A stretch of 64,000 bases of DNA, from contig NC_087436.1 of NCBI RefSeq assembly GCF_036321535.1, forward strand, positions 40,860,001 through 40,924,000, written 5' to 3'. Under the pieces are notes generated by a model that searched no databases, was not told the DNA's origin, and saw nothing but the letters and a program-made list of their open reading frames with translations. A program made the translations under genes and the position numbers. This stretch comes from Camelus dromedarius (lineage: Eukaryota). Shown in pieces: positions 40,047 to 51,506 of the stretch; the first letter of the stretch is position 1; every line of letters begins with the position of its first letter.

Positions 40047-40750
40047 AGTCTACTCCTTGTAAAGTTGGTACCTATACCTATCTCCTTAAACTGTAATTAA
40101 TCTCCAACTAAAAACAATTAACAGTCATAATTCTGCCTCACATGGTACAATTGTGAACAAACCCCTTCCCAGAAGAGGAGCTAAATGAGTGATATTTACT
40201 CTTTTCCTTGATATCCCATACCTCAAATAAAATTGCATAAAATTAACAATACTAAATACTATAAATAACTCAATACATCTTATTTTACATGATAAGAGAA
40301 AAAAGGAGGAAAGAAAAAAGATACTTGCTCACACACACAAATACACAGATTCATATCAAGATAAGGAGGAAGTACTCATGACAATTACAGTCCTCAGTTC
40401 TGTAACTGGCCACGTGGTTGTGGTGGGTACTGATGACTACCTCATTCCACTATCCACTCTGTATCCCCTTTGCCTTCAGCACGTGCCTCAGCTGGTCATG
40501 GTTTTTCACCTGACGGGGTGACCCTGAACTTCATCTGGGAGGAGTCTGCCATTCGTAGTCTTGCCTGGATTAGGTTTTTGTAGTTTTTTATGGACCTTAA
40601 TCACAGGGCACAATAGTACTAAGAGCTGCTCTAAGGGATCTCCTGTAGTCCAGACAAGGACTTCTCACCTCCACTGTGGAGGAGTGGTTCAACTTCCCCT
40701 TGGTAGACGGGATTAATCCCTCCTCCAGCACAGTAACTCTCTTAACTTGA
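40047..40750 (-). mobile_element. ERV-L internal 3' end: PPT plus degenerate dUTPase/pol C-terminus
   Basis: PPT caaggagtagact next to the LTR. Minus translation with frameshifts: RVTVL..GINPVYQGEVEPLLHSGG..VWTTGDPLEQLLVLLCPVIKVHKKLQKPNPGKTTNG..RVTPSGEKP*PAEARAEGKGDTEWIVE. Confidence 0.88.
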
Positions 40751-43307
40751 GGCTCTGTATGTAAAAGTGAGGTAAGTCAGCAAGAAAATTTAGCAGACTG
40801 TTCCAGTGGGAATTTTGTATTTTATCAATTTACTACCTGACATATTCTATTACATATGTCACAATAAACTATGCTTTATATGATGAAGTGAACAATAACC
40901 AGAAAGTTAACTTACATTTTGGGGATATTTTAAAAAACCAATATTAAAAAAGAAAGGAGAAGATATTTTAAAATCAACATTTCAGTAAACATCAATTTAA
41001 TTATTTCTTCTGCAAATAAAGGAAATGAATATTAGTTTCTTCATCTTCCTTACGCAGAGGAGATTGAAATTTTGAAAATGATAAAAGTGTGTATTCTCTA
41101 AATTATATTGATATATGTTCTAAGGTAATACTGTGCCACAAACTGAAAGGATAAAGGAAAAAAAGTAATTTTGTGAGTCATTACCTTGAGTAGCATTTTA
41201 ATTTCTAGTGACTTTGTAATTAACAGCTGACACCAGCAAATGTAGACCATTTTATTTAAACATAGGGATAAAACTGAAAAAGCATAGTTGATGTGATAAA
41301 TTGATCATAATGATAAATGGCTCAAAATGATGTTTGAATAAAGGTGAACACTTCCAAGCAAAGGCTTCCAATTATTTATAATTTCTTGCATCACAGGGGT
41401 GATTTTGCAAATTTCATGCAACTGAAGCATTTTTTATCCTTCTATTAAAAATTTTTTTGTAAACCCTGGGAGAGGGGCTTTTAAGTTTTGTATGTTTTAT
41501 TAGCATTTAATTCATTTTTTTACATCTAAACTTGTCACTGAGATTGCACCTACTTCTTTCTATAGCTTTAATCTCGAAAGCAAAAATTGTTTTGAATTAT
41601 AGCAATATAATGAAATAGTGTTAGAAATTATTCTTAAAATTGTACTCAAAAATTTCACTCAAAAAAAGTTCCTTAATTATAGAATAAAAATGCACAGAAA
41701 ATGCTGAAAAACATGTTTAAATAGGTAATGTAAGCATAGTTAATAGAATATAAACTTTATCTTAAAAAATAAAAACACTTAAAATATATTTTTTCTTAAA
41801 TAATTTTTATATTTTAAATGACACTGGAAACTAGTGCACGGAAAGTGGCATTTGAAGAACAATTTCCAAACAATTTTGTCAGTAAATTTGTTTTCAGACA
41901 ATTTTCTAAGAGACAGAAACAAAATATAAAGATCTACATAAAAACAGTAGGGGAAATACAATCTACTGAACATCAAATAGAATCATTCAGAAAAGGAGAT
42001 GATGCTTAACCACTGCAATACCACACACAGTGTGGATAAATTATGTGAGAAAAAAATCAGTGACAATCAATTTGTTTTTGACCTTGTATTGGCTAGACCC
42101 AAACAGCAGAACTTTGCTGCTTCTCTGGGAACATCGGGATCCTATTACTATGCATAAAAAGCAAGGGGATATAAATAAATATCCATAAGATGCCAAATTT
42201 GATATGTGAACATAAATCAAAAATATCTTTTACTTATGAGTTAAATATTGTACCTTTTAAGACATCGTGATCTGATAAAATCCAATAAAAGTAATGACTC
42301 AAAAATACATCATATTTTCTGATCCCAATGGTTAGGCTTATCTCACATTATTTTGTCTGATAGCTGGTGTAGTATTAGAAACACCCATTATATATCTTTG
42401 TGTATTTTATTCTGCATAGCTTTTGGCTGCTGACAGCACATGAGAGAGCATACTCAGAATAAAAGACACACTAACATTTTCAAAGAATGCCCCTTTGTCA
42501 AAAGTTACTAAATGTTTCTATTTTATAGAAAATGAAGCAATTAGCTTATATTAGAAAGTTTTAGAGAAAAAAATGGGCTTCCTTTAAAACATTAGAATCA
42601 TTTTGAAATGTCTCTGTCTAAATGAGATTCAAATTATAACTGTTGATTGATGAGACTCATCTTCAGAAATATATATATATTTCTTGGAACACAGACATGA
42701 AATTTCCTTACTTTTGTAACAGTAATCTACATTTGTATAACTCATCCAAGTCATTCCAGTTTATTGACTTGGGGTGAATAACATACAGAAAAGCAGATTT
42801 CTTGTCTGTGTATGTGTGTGTGTTGGGGGGGGGGGGCTCCTTTTCATTTACTCTGATAAGCCAAAATAATAATACCTGTATCTATTCTAAGAAATCTTAA
42901 GGGAAATGAGAATGTAATTGGTCAGTGAATCTTGGCACAGTGTTCCTATATTGTATAGAAAGAATGTTTTCATCTCCTTGGAGTCCATTAACTCTCCCTT
43001 TTCCTTCAAATTTTGCTCATGAAAATTACGTGCACATTTCTGGAGATCAGAAAACTCTTTTCTTTCTAAAGAAGATCACTCTTGCAATCAATTTGTGACT
43101 ACTGTCTTTGGAGATTTATCAAGAGTCTAGTTTGAAAAATTCTGTCTTGAAAGACAAAGCTCAGTGATTTCTCCTTTCTCTTTGTTGACTTCTACCCTCA
43201 TTGAGCCTCAGGTGAAGGGTTCCAAGAAAGCCCCAGAAATTACCCCTCCCTCTCAAAAAAAAAGAGGAAAAAGAAAATCATGCAGGTTAATATTTTAAAA
43301 TATAAAC

Positions 43308-43678
43308 TGTCTTAGTCTGTTTGGGCTACCATAACAGAAATACCATAGACTGGATGGCTTATAAACAACAGTAATTTATTTCTTACTGTTCTGGAGGCTA
43401 GAAAGTTCAAAATCAAAGTGCCGGCACATTCAGTGTCTGGTGAGAGCCCACTTCCCAGGAGGGAATCTTCTTTCTCTGTCTTCAGATGGCAGAGGGGGAC
43501 AACTGTCTCCTCTGAAATCTCATTTATAAGAACACTAATCCCAAATATGAAGATTCCACCCTCATGACCTAATTAACATCAAAGGCTCTGTCTCCTACTA
43601 ATACCATCACCTAGGCAGTTAGTATTTTAATACATGAAATTTAATTTGTTGGGGGACACAAGCATTCAGATCATAGCA
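43308..43678 (-). mobile_element. MLT1A0-like MaLR solo LTR
   Basis: TG...CA termini, perfect 5-bp TSD TAAAC (43303-43307, 43679-43683). Confidence 0.93.
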
Positions 43679-44499
43679 TAAACTTATTTCACTTATTTCA
43701 CATCACAAAGAGACCTACCAAAGTTAAGATTCAAGAAGTGGCTATCATCTTAGGAGGAACAGAGTTAGCTTTTAAAGGAATGACATAAATGATGATTTTC
43801 TTTCTGTTAAAAATCCAAACTATGACTGTACTTTAAAGATTGGGGTATAAGAGTCTTTAAAGGACTGAAATATCTCCACTTTCTTCAACTTCCCTGGAAC
43901 TCTTTCCTTCTATATTGATAACTTGCCCAAGGGCTGTGAACTAAAAGAATAACTTCCCCCGCTCCCAAGACCACTTTTGGCCAACTATTGCTCAGACTTT
44001 TAATTAAGGCTCTTGTTAACGCCACCTTTCTATGAGGCAAAAACATGTATTCAAGACTCTTCTAACAGAGTGATATTAAGACAGAAGGCTCAACTGGTTG
44101 AATTTCTCCCAAAAAGATTTCCTTCCACACTAAAATACCTCTTGCAACTGCATTATAAATAATTTATTGACATTCCCACCAATGAAAGAGTTTGTCAGAA
44201 CTACCATGAGGATTATATACATTTTAACTTGAAGAAAACAAGAATATACTTCGCTATTTAAAAACAGCGTTGTAAAATTATGAGTTTAGATAACTTACTT
44301 TTTTTGATAATTTAAAAAGATCAATTCCTCTTAAAGCATGAGTCTTCTGACATGGTATGGTAAGTTTGGATGTTCTGAAAAAGAGCACAAATACATTTAC
44401 ACGGAAATTACAACCTTGATCCTTGATAAGTGGTATAACTTTCCTTATATTTCAAAGTCAACATTGAGTGAATTTATGGCCATGCTAATTATGTTATAT

Positions 44500-47400
44500 A
44501 AAAGCAGGAGCATTGATCGGGAAGGAGAGGAGAGGAATGCCACCAATCAGAATGATAACACTTGGAAAGATATGATGGTGCAAGAGTAAGGAAGCTAATA
44601 AGAAAAATATTTTACATATGAGTGTAATCCCTCATTTATTGACATCTGTGAGTAAGGCCCACAGAAAGAAAACTGATTTCCAGCGTATAAATTGAAAGAG
44701 AGTTGCTACGCTGATTGGTACTTGGAACTAAGGAAATGGTACTCAAAGTTTGTCTGGTGAAAATACTGCATGGAGCCTGAGGCAATCCTGAATTAGAGAA
44801 TTACACCTTACTTAGTGAAAAGACATGTTATATTCCTCTGAAAGACTGAAAACATGAATACGACACTTCAAGAGACTCTGCAACCTGAGACTCTATAATA
44901 AGCAATGTGTAAGCTGCTTCACTAAGCCAAGAAAAAATAAGGTTAAAATTACTGTCATATAGGAAATGTACATATAATTTTGAACTCAGGTAGGTACTAG
45001 AAGCACAAGCAAGTTACATGAGCAGATGTTTCACCTCCCAGTACATCCCTGCTACACAGTCAACAATTCCTTAACCCATACCTACAGCAACAAAGGCACT
45101 TCACTATGACACATTTATTGAAAATATGCAAATGAAGCTTAGGACCTTGAATGTTTTAATTATATGAGCTTTCTTTGTCAGTAGAAATAGCCCTTCTTCC
45201 TCTGTCCAAGGTGCTAGTTTCCTCTAAGTGACTTTCCTCTTCTGAAGTAGTTTTTGTGCATGAGACTGCTCTTCAGAACCCACCTCCACCATTTCTCATT
45301 ACTTCTATTCTAGAAGCAAGGTCCTGTACACTCCAAGCGGTCAAGTGCAAAGTTTGGCCTGTGGAGAGGTGCCATACAAACCAAAAGAATTTCAAGATGT
45401 TGGTAATTTACATAGCAAAATCTGGAGAACATGTGTGGAAAAAACTGCAGAGAGTTGGATCAGGGTGGAATAGAAATGTTGAATTGGGAAAAGCTTGTTT
45501 GCTATGTATCTATGGTACAGTAATCAGAGATTCCATATTCAGTGTTAGCTTAAGCATGTTGAGAGTGTCTCTTTCAGTTTGTTTGGCTGACTGACTGAAA
45601 TCTGTATGCAAAGATAGATGACACAGAATGAAAATGAAATGTCAGAACTTATTTCTATGCTGCAAAGAAAGATAACTAAAGATACAGATAGATGGAAAGA
45701 CCAGCATTAATTTCTTATGTAACAGCCGCTCACACACAACCTTACTCTGGACACCAGCATACCAGCAAAACTGCGAAACATACATTAGTGAGGGGAATGC
45801 TAACATCCCTGAGAGCTCTGTGAGAATATCATCTTAATGACAAAGTGACTGTGGGAATTGCTGTCATTGAACTGAGTCTCCTGAATTCAATGAGGGCAGG
45901 ATCCTGGGATCGTATGGGTCAAGTGGTGGCACTTAAATGCCAGAGACAGGTGAGCATATTTACCATAATTGAAAAATATTCAAAGTCATGATCAGAATGA
46001 TTTTACACTTGGAGATTGTTGTCATTGGCTTATGTATCATACTATCTAAAGAACTGAGACAGATGGGCATTATAAAATCTTACGTGGCTGGTATAAGCAG
46101 AAAAATTCTAGATCTTTTAAATAAGTTTTGAATTTTTTAATATCATCATATCAAATTATCAAATATTATTATCAAAATCATAATAGAGAGATGTTTCTCC
46201 TCAAAAAATTCCTAGATATGAGACAGTTCACAAACCCAGAAACTTTTGAATAAAAGAGAGTCCCTTTTTGCTTGAGAAAATGTTCTGCTACTCAGCCAAA
46301 ACTCTGTACTGTAAATCTTTCTCCGAGCCTTTTCTAAAGGAACTTGACGGCAATTAGTTTTTAGTGTATACAAAGATTGAATTGTGTTGTACACTTGAAA
46401 CTAATATGTTATATACCAACCTTACCTCAATAGAATAAAAAAATGTGTACAAAAAATTAAAGGAACTTGAAGTCACTTGCCAGGGTGTCTTAGCAATGAA
46501 GTTGGTAAAATAACCAAAATGTTTGTGGATTATTTGGTATTAGCCCTGACATGACGCTAATTCTACAGAATCAAAATGCAACAATAGTCAACCAGTCATA
46601 GAGGAGTTTATAAAATCAAGGGATTAAATGGAGCTATGTCCTGGTTCTATCACTCTATTAGTACAGTAAGTCATTCCTCGGGGTATTACAGAGACTAATG
46701 CTACTGCCAAGGACTTAAAGATTCAGGGTGGTCATGACTATCACATCCTCATTTAATGTGCAATCGGTTTATGTAGAAAAGAGACTGTCTTGAGAAATGG
46801 CTACGAGTTATTATAATTTATTCATGTGGTGACTCCAGTACAGCTACAGTTTTAGAAAGCAATTCAACAGAGACCGTCACAACTGGTATTCCTGAAACTG
46901 GTAAGTGGTTTCTCTTTGTATGAAGCCCTACCAGGAGTCTTTTTTTTTTTTTCATCTGGCAAACAGTAGTGCCTCTCCAGAGTCAGTTCTCCTGATCTAC
47001 ACCATATAAAGGTCTACAAAGATCTCAGTCATCTTGCTGTTCCACAGAACACACCAGGACTTCACAGAGTCTCATTCTCATGTATAATACTGATGACATT
47101 AAGTCAATTGGACCTGATGAGTAAAACCTGGTACATATTTTAAATGCCTTATCAAGATGCATATGAACTAGAAAGTATAATATAAATGCCAGGGATTTCA
47201 AAGGCTGTTATCTCAGTGAAGTTTCTGGAGATCCATGGATGTAGAGCATGATGAGATGAAACAAGTTGGTGAGAGATCTTGGAGAAAATGTATAGATGTT
47301 AAAGGTAAAACTATGCTATGCTTGAGTATACAACTCTGACCCATTTACCAAGCAAGCCATAACACTTCCATCTGTGAGTGGAGCCCACAGCAGGAAAAAT

Positions 47401-47740
47401 CTCCACAGCAATCCCAGGATGCCATCAGCAGATTGCACCTTGTCCTCTGATCCAGCTAATCCAGATTTACTCAAATTGTCCGTAGAAAATAGAATTTTTC
47501 TATGAAGGCACTGGAAAATCCTAACACAAATATCCTAGCGCACACTTCTCAGGTTTGGGAGAAAACCATGCCCTCTTCTTCAGATAACTGATTTTTAAGG
47601 AACAACTTCTGGTTTGCTCTTAGATTCTCACAGAAATTGAATGTTTAACCATAAATACCTATGAACTCATGAGGAATTTTTAATAATCTTTTGACCTAAA
47701 ACAAAAATAATAATAATTGTGCCTGGTTTACAGATACTAC
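44500..47740 (+). mobile_element. Degenerate ERV-L internal region: gag, protease, RT, start of RNase H
   Basis: gag-like KSGEHVW...RNVEL...RDSIFSV in ORF 45256-45594. RT-like IPRGITETNATAKDLK (~46673), YNTDDI (~47083, decayed YIDD), EWSPQQEK (~47376), AWFTD (~47721). Start boundary approximate. Confidence 0.8.
46348..46457 (+). mobile_element. About 110-bp L1 3' tail inserted in ERV-L
   Basis: gttgtacacttgaaactaatatgttatataccaac plus A-rich tail. TSD TAAAGGAACTTGA at 46335-46347 and 46458-46470. Confidence 0.85.
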
Positions 47741-47744
47741 AAAT

Positions 47745-48549
47745 AGTCATCAGGCCCCAACTTCCAAATGCATTGATTTTATTTAATTAGCTAGAATAAT
47801 TGTTGATAGTTACAATAAGCATATTTTGTTATTCATAACAAGGCCCTTTAAACATACCTGAGTTTATATTAATGAGGTGACTTTTGGAACACCCCTGCAA
47901 CCAGCCATGTGATTAAAAGTTTGGAACTCTCAGTCCCACCACTCCCTCCTTCTCTGGGAAGGGGACTGGGGCTGGAGATTGAGTTCAATTACTAATGGCC
48001 AACAACTTAATTGTAGCTACATACTGAAGTTTCCACAAAAACTCAACAAGACTGGTTCGAGAGTTCCTCGGTTGGTGAACACATGATGGTTCAGAGAAAG
48101 GGCATGGAAACTCCAAGCCCCTTTCCACATACCTTATCCTATACATCTCTTCTGTCTGGATGTTCCTGAGTTTTATACTTTTATAATAAACCAGTAATCT
48201 ATAATTAAATATCTTTAGTAAGTGTTGGATTCTGTGAAACACTCTAGCAAATTAATTGAACCCAAGGAGAGGGTCATGGGAATCTCTGATTTATAGCCTA
48301 CTGGTCAGAAGCACAGGTAACAACTTAGACTTGCAACTGGCTTCTGTAGTGGAGAGATGGGGAGACTGGTCCTGTAACTTGTAGAATCTGATGCTAACTC
48401 CAGGTAGATAGTGTCAGAACTGAACTGAATTTCAGAACAGCCAACTGATGTCTCAGAATTGCTTGATGTAAGGAAAAACTCCTATATACCTGATGATTAA
48501 AAGTGAACTATTGAGGGTAAAGGAGACACATAATATTGTATTCTTTACA
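47745..48549 (+). mobile_element. MER21-like LTR
   Basis: cctgagtttatattaatgaggtgact...accagccatgtgatt...ggttggtgaacacat...ctagcaaattaattgaacccaaggag...ctccaggtagatagtgtcagaa. Confidence 0.85.
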
Positions 48550-49229
48550 GTACACAACCACTGTTAAGTTTCACAGCTTTCTTGTAATTATGTAGGACAA
48601 ACTGTGTCCTAGACAGTGAAGTGAACTGACCTGAAATGGACCACCTCCATCTCATCTGATCCCCTTCACTCTTTTCCTTCCCTCCTCTCCCAGGCAGATG
48701 CAGCAAATCCTGTCAATACCCCAAGGGTAAGAAAGGATCCCAGATATCTATACTGCCCTGAAGGCAACCCACCACCTATCCAATTGCACCATGTTGTGAA
48801 AGAAGAGTTTTACTGGTTAATGAATGGGCTTTTGGAATTATTTAAAAGAGCTGGGGTTGATTTCTCTCCATCAATACATCTTTTTAATGCAGGCATATTC
48901 CTGCCTTCTGAGAAGAATTACACCTGACTTACTTTGGTTTATTCTATTCCCACAATTGTCTTATCCTGAGTAACTTTAGTTTCCTCACAATTTCTTAATC
49001 TTTTCTATAGCAATACATTTCACTTTATTTTTCTTCAGTAAACAACACCTGAGGCCGCAGTCAGGATTTATTATCTCCCTAAACTGAACTGCATTTTAAA
49101 CCATTAATTTGAAATCCTCTATCTGATAACAAACACTTATCTCTGCTAAATATATTTTTTCATTTACTTTAGCCTTTAAATCCCTCCATATATTTTTAGA
49201 TTATCATTTGCTTCTTGATTTTATTTTTA

Positions 49230-49480
49230 TAGCTAAATTTATCATCATGACTGGCCATTCAGGTCACACTTATCTTCAATTCCTGTCTTCTCTGGCTCTC
49301 TGCTGCCTTCATTTAAATACACTCCCAAACTGGATCTCTCTCTAATCAAAAGCATTTCCCTCTCCCGAGCTTTGCTGGAGAAAACTACATAACTCTTCCA
49401 GATGGGGCAGATTTATGGTTTCCAATTTCAGTTGGGCCCTCAAAATGGCTTGGCAATTCCATCTCTTGTCCACTCAAATG
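49230..49480 (+). mobile_element. L2 ORF2 fragment
   Basis: gctggagaaaactacataac...cagttgggccctcaaaatggcttggcaattc. Confidence 0.45.
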
Positions 49481-49843
49481 ACTCTTGGTTTGATGGCCCT
49501 GACCTAGATGGTGGTGTGCGCAAACTCTCCCCTTCAGTGTGCTGTCCTTATTTCTGGCATCTCAGACGAGTCCTTCACACACAGCCATTTGTGAATGCAT
49601 AAGCTCAGCCCTCAAGCCGTGCTACTCTGGTACTGCAGCTTCCACTTGCTCATACTTGCCACTGTGGCTTCTTACGGAAGTTTTCACCTGTCATCCTAAA
49701 ATGCCACCGGAAAAGCTTCCCCCAAGGCTCTGAGGACCTTTCCCTCTTGGAAGGTCCGAAGGACACAGAGTTTTCAGTGGACGCAGGTTTCGTGTTAACT
49801 GTGGCCACACGCAGTGACCCGAACACCCCGTCTAGAGACTCAC

Positions 49844-49911
49844 AGGTTCTTCCCATAAAGCTCAGAGAGTTTGGGATCCTCACTCTTCACTCTAGGATGC
49901 TCAAAATTAAT
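49844..49911 (-). other. Candidate 68-nt exon of an unidentified minus-strand transcript
   Basis: Acceptor tttatttcctttgtctcactgcAG, donor CCT|GTGAGT, one open frame INFEHPRVKSEDPKLSELYGKN. Confidence 0.3.
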
Positions 49912-50284
49912 CTGCAGTGAGACAAAGGAAATAAACACCACCATCTTTTTTCTCCTTTTTCCCGAAGTGCTTTCTTTAATTCAAATCTCTTCTCTGTGAC
50001 CAGGTATAAAACAGAAGATTTCTTGAGTTTTACTGAAGGCAAAGATTATATGCGGTTTATGAAGAAGTATTAACAGAGGAAGCATGTTGTCTAATCCACA
50101 CTGGGAGCGACAGTGCGTATTCTTTGTTGTACCTGTCTACATTAATTACTCCTTTCTCTTAATTTCGTTTATGAATGTAGAGCGTTCCATCTAAGCCTTG
50201 TTTTTTGAAGCCCACTCCTATTCTACTGACTATAAGTGGAAATTATTACCTCTAAATTCACATGTGAAAAAAATAATTCCTCTA

Positions 50285-50570
50285 CTCATCCATTTATTCA
50301 ACAAATACTTCATCATTCATTCAATATGCAATGGACCACTTAAGTTGAAATAAATACTTTGAAGGCTTATCTTTTGTATCTAAGAGATACATAGTTAAAA
50401 AGCATGTAGTAATAAACAAAGTTAAATAAAATATTAGCATGCCATAATGAAAGTTTCTGTGGTATATTGTAATGTCACATGGGGACAGAGAGCAATTTGA
50501 TTTGGAATATAAAACAAAGACTTCTTTGAAGAAATTATATTAGTAGGATGTGATGATATAAGAAGTGGCT
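50285..50570 (-). mobile_element. L2 3' end
   Basis: tcatccatttattcaacaaatact...aaagacttctttgaagaaatt. Confidence 0.5.
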
Positions 50571-50910
50571 ATCTCTCCTGTCTAAGATTATTACAAGCAT
50601 CAAAATAATACATGTAGAATCACTTTGTTACATGAGAAACAATAAATACACATTTTAAACATACAGATACAGATATGTGAGTTTATGTGTTACATAGTAA
50701 GAAAAATTACTTGGCCTTCTTTTCACTGAAAAAAAAACCTGTGTCCATCTGTTCTCATTACTACTATGCCATAGACTATCTGAGCAAATCTATGAGTGAC
50801 TATTTTTTATTTGTTTTGCTATATACCCAATTTGACATTCTACCCAAGATCTCACTCTCTTACATTTCTTTCTTTTTTATTTTTCACCAAGCCCAACATT
50901 TAAAAAAATC

Positions 50911-51137
50911 TTTTTATTTAAGTATAGTCGATTTACACTGTTGTGTCAATTTCTGGTGTACAGCATAATGTTTTGGTCATAAATATAAATATATATATTC
51001 ATTTTCATTATAGGTTACTATGAGATATGGAATATATTTCCCTGTGTGCTACAGAAGAAACTTGTTGTTTACCTATTTTATACATAGTAGTTAGTATCTG
51101 CAAATCTCAAACTCCCAGTTTATCCCTTCCCACCCCC
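50911..51137 (-). mobile_element. Young L1 3' UTR fragment
   Basis: Reverse complement of the 3' UTR at ~9590-9820 (gtgtcaatttctggtgtacagcata...gtatctgcaaatctcaaactcccagtttatcccttcccacccc). Confidence 0.9.
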
Positions 51138-51506
51138 TTTTACTCTTCTTGACTTTAAATGTTATAATTTACTTGCAAATACTTACAGAACAATTACCTG
51201 TGTGAAAATACTATGCTATAAATTATGGATGAGTAGCCTGAAGGGGACTGTATTGATGATTAAGATTTGATCTTTGCCCTCAGTTTCCTGAGAGAGTAAG
51301 GAAATCGTAAATGATTATGATACAGATCAGCCTTGGCTTTCAGAAATGAAGCATGAGTGTTTTATACCTAATTTTTTTCTTTTACTCTTTAATGCAAATA
51401 CTTAAAGTTATATCTAAGTCAAAAGGCAATTTTTCTCTGTTGGGGAATGTATTTAAAGTCATAGATAAGTGAAAGCTCTTAAAACTCATTACAATGGTAT
51501 GAACAT

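Noticed and set aside
41779..42009. Overlapping ORFs on both strands
   Set aside because: Short, AT-rich and without recognisable motifs.
45256..45594. 112-aa ORF as a domesticated gag gene (Fv1-like)
   Set aside because: Gag similarity shifts between frames and the flanking ERV-L sequence is full of stops, as expected for neutral decay.
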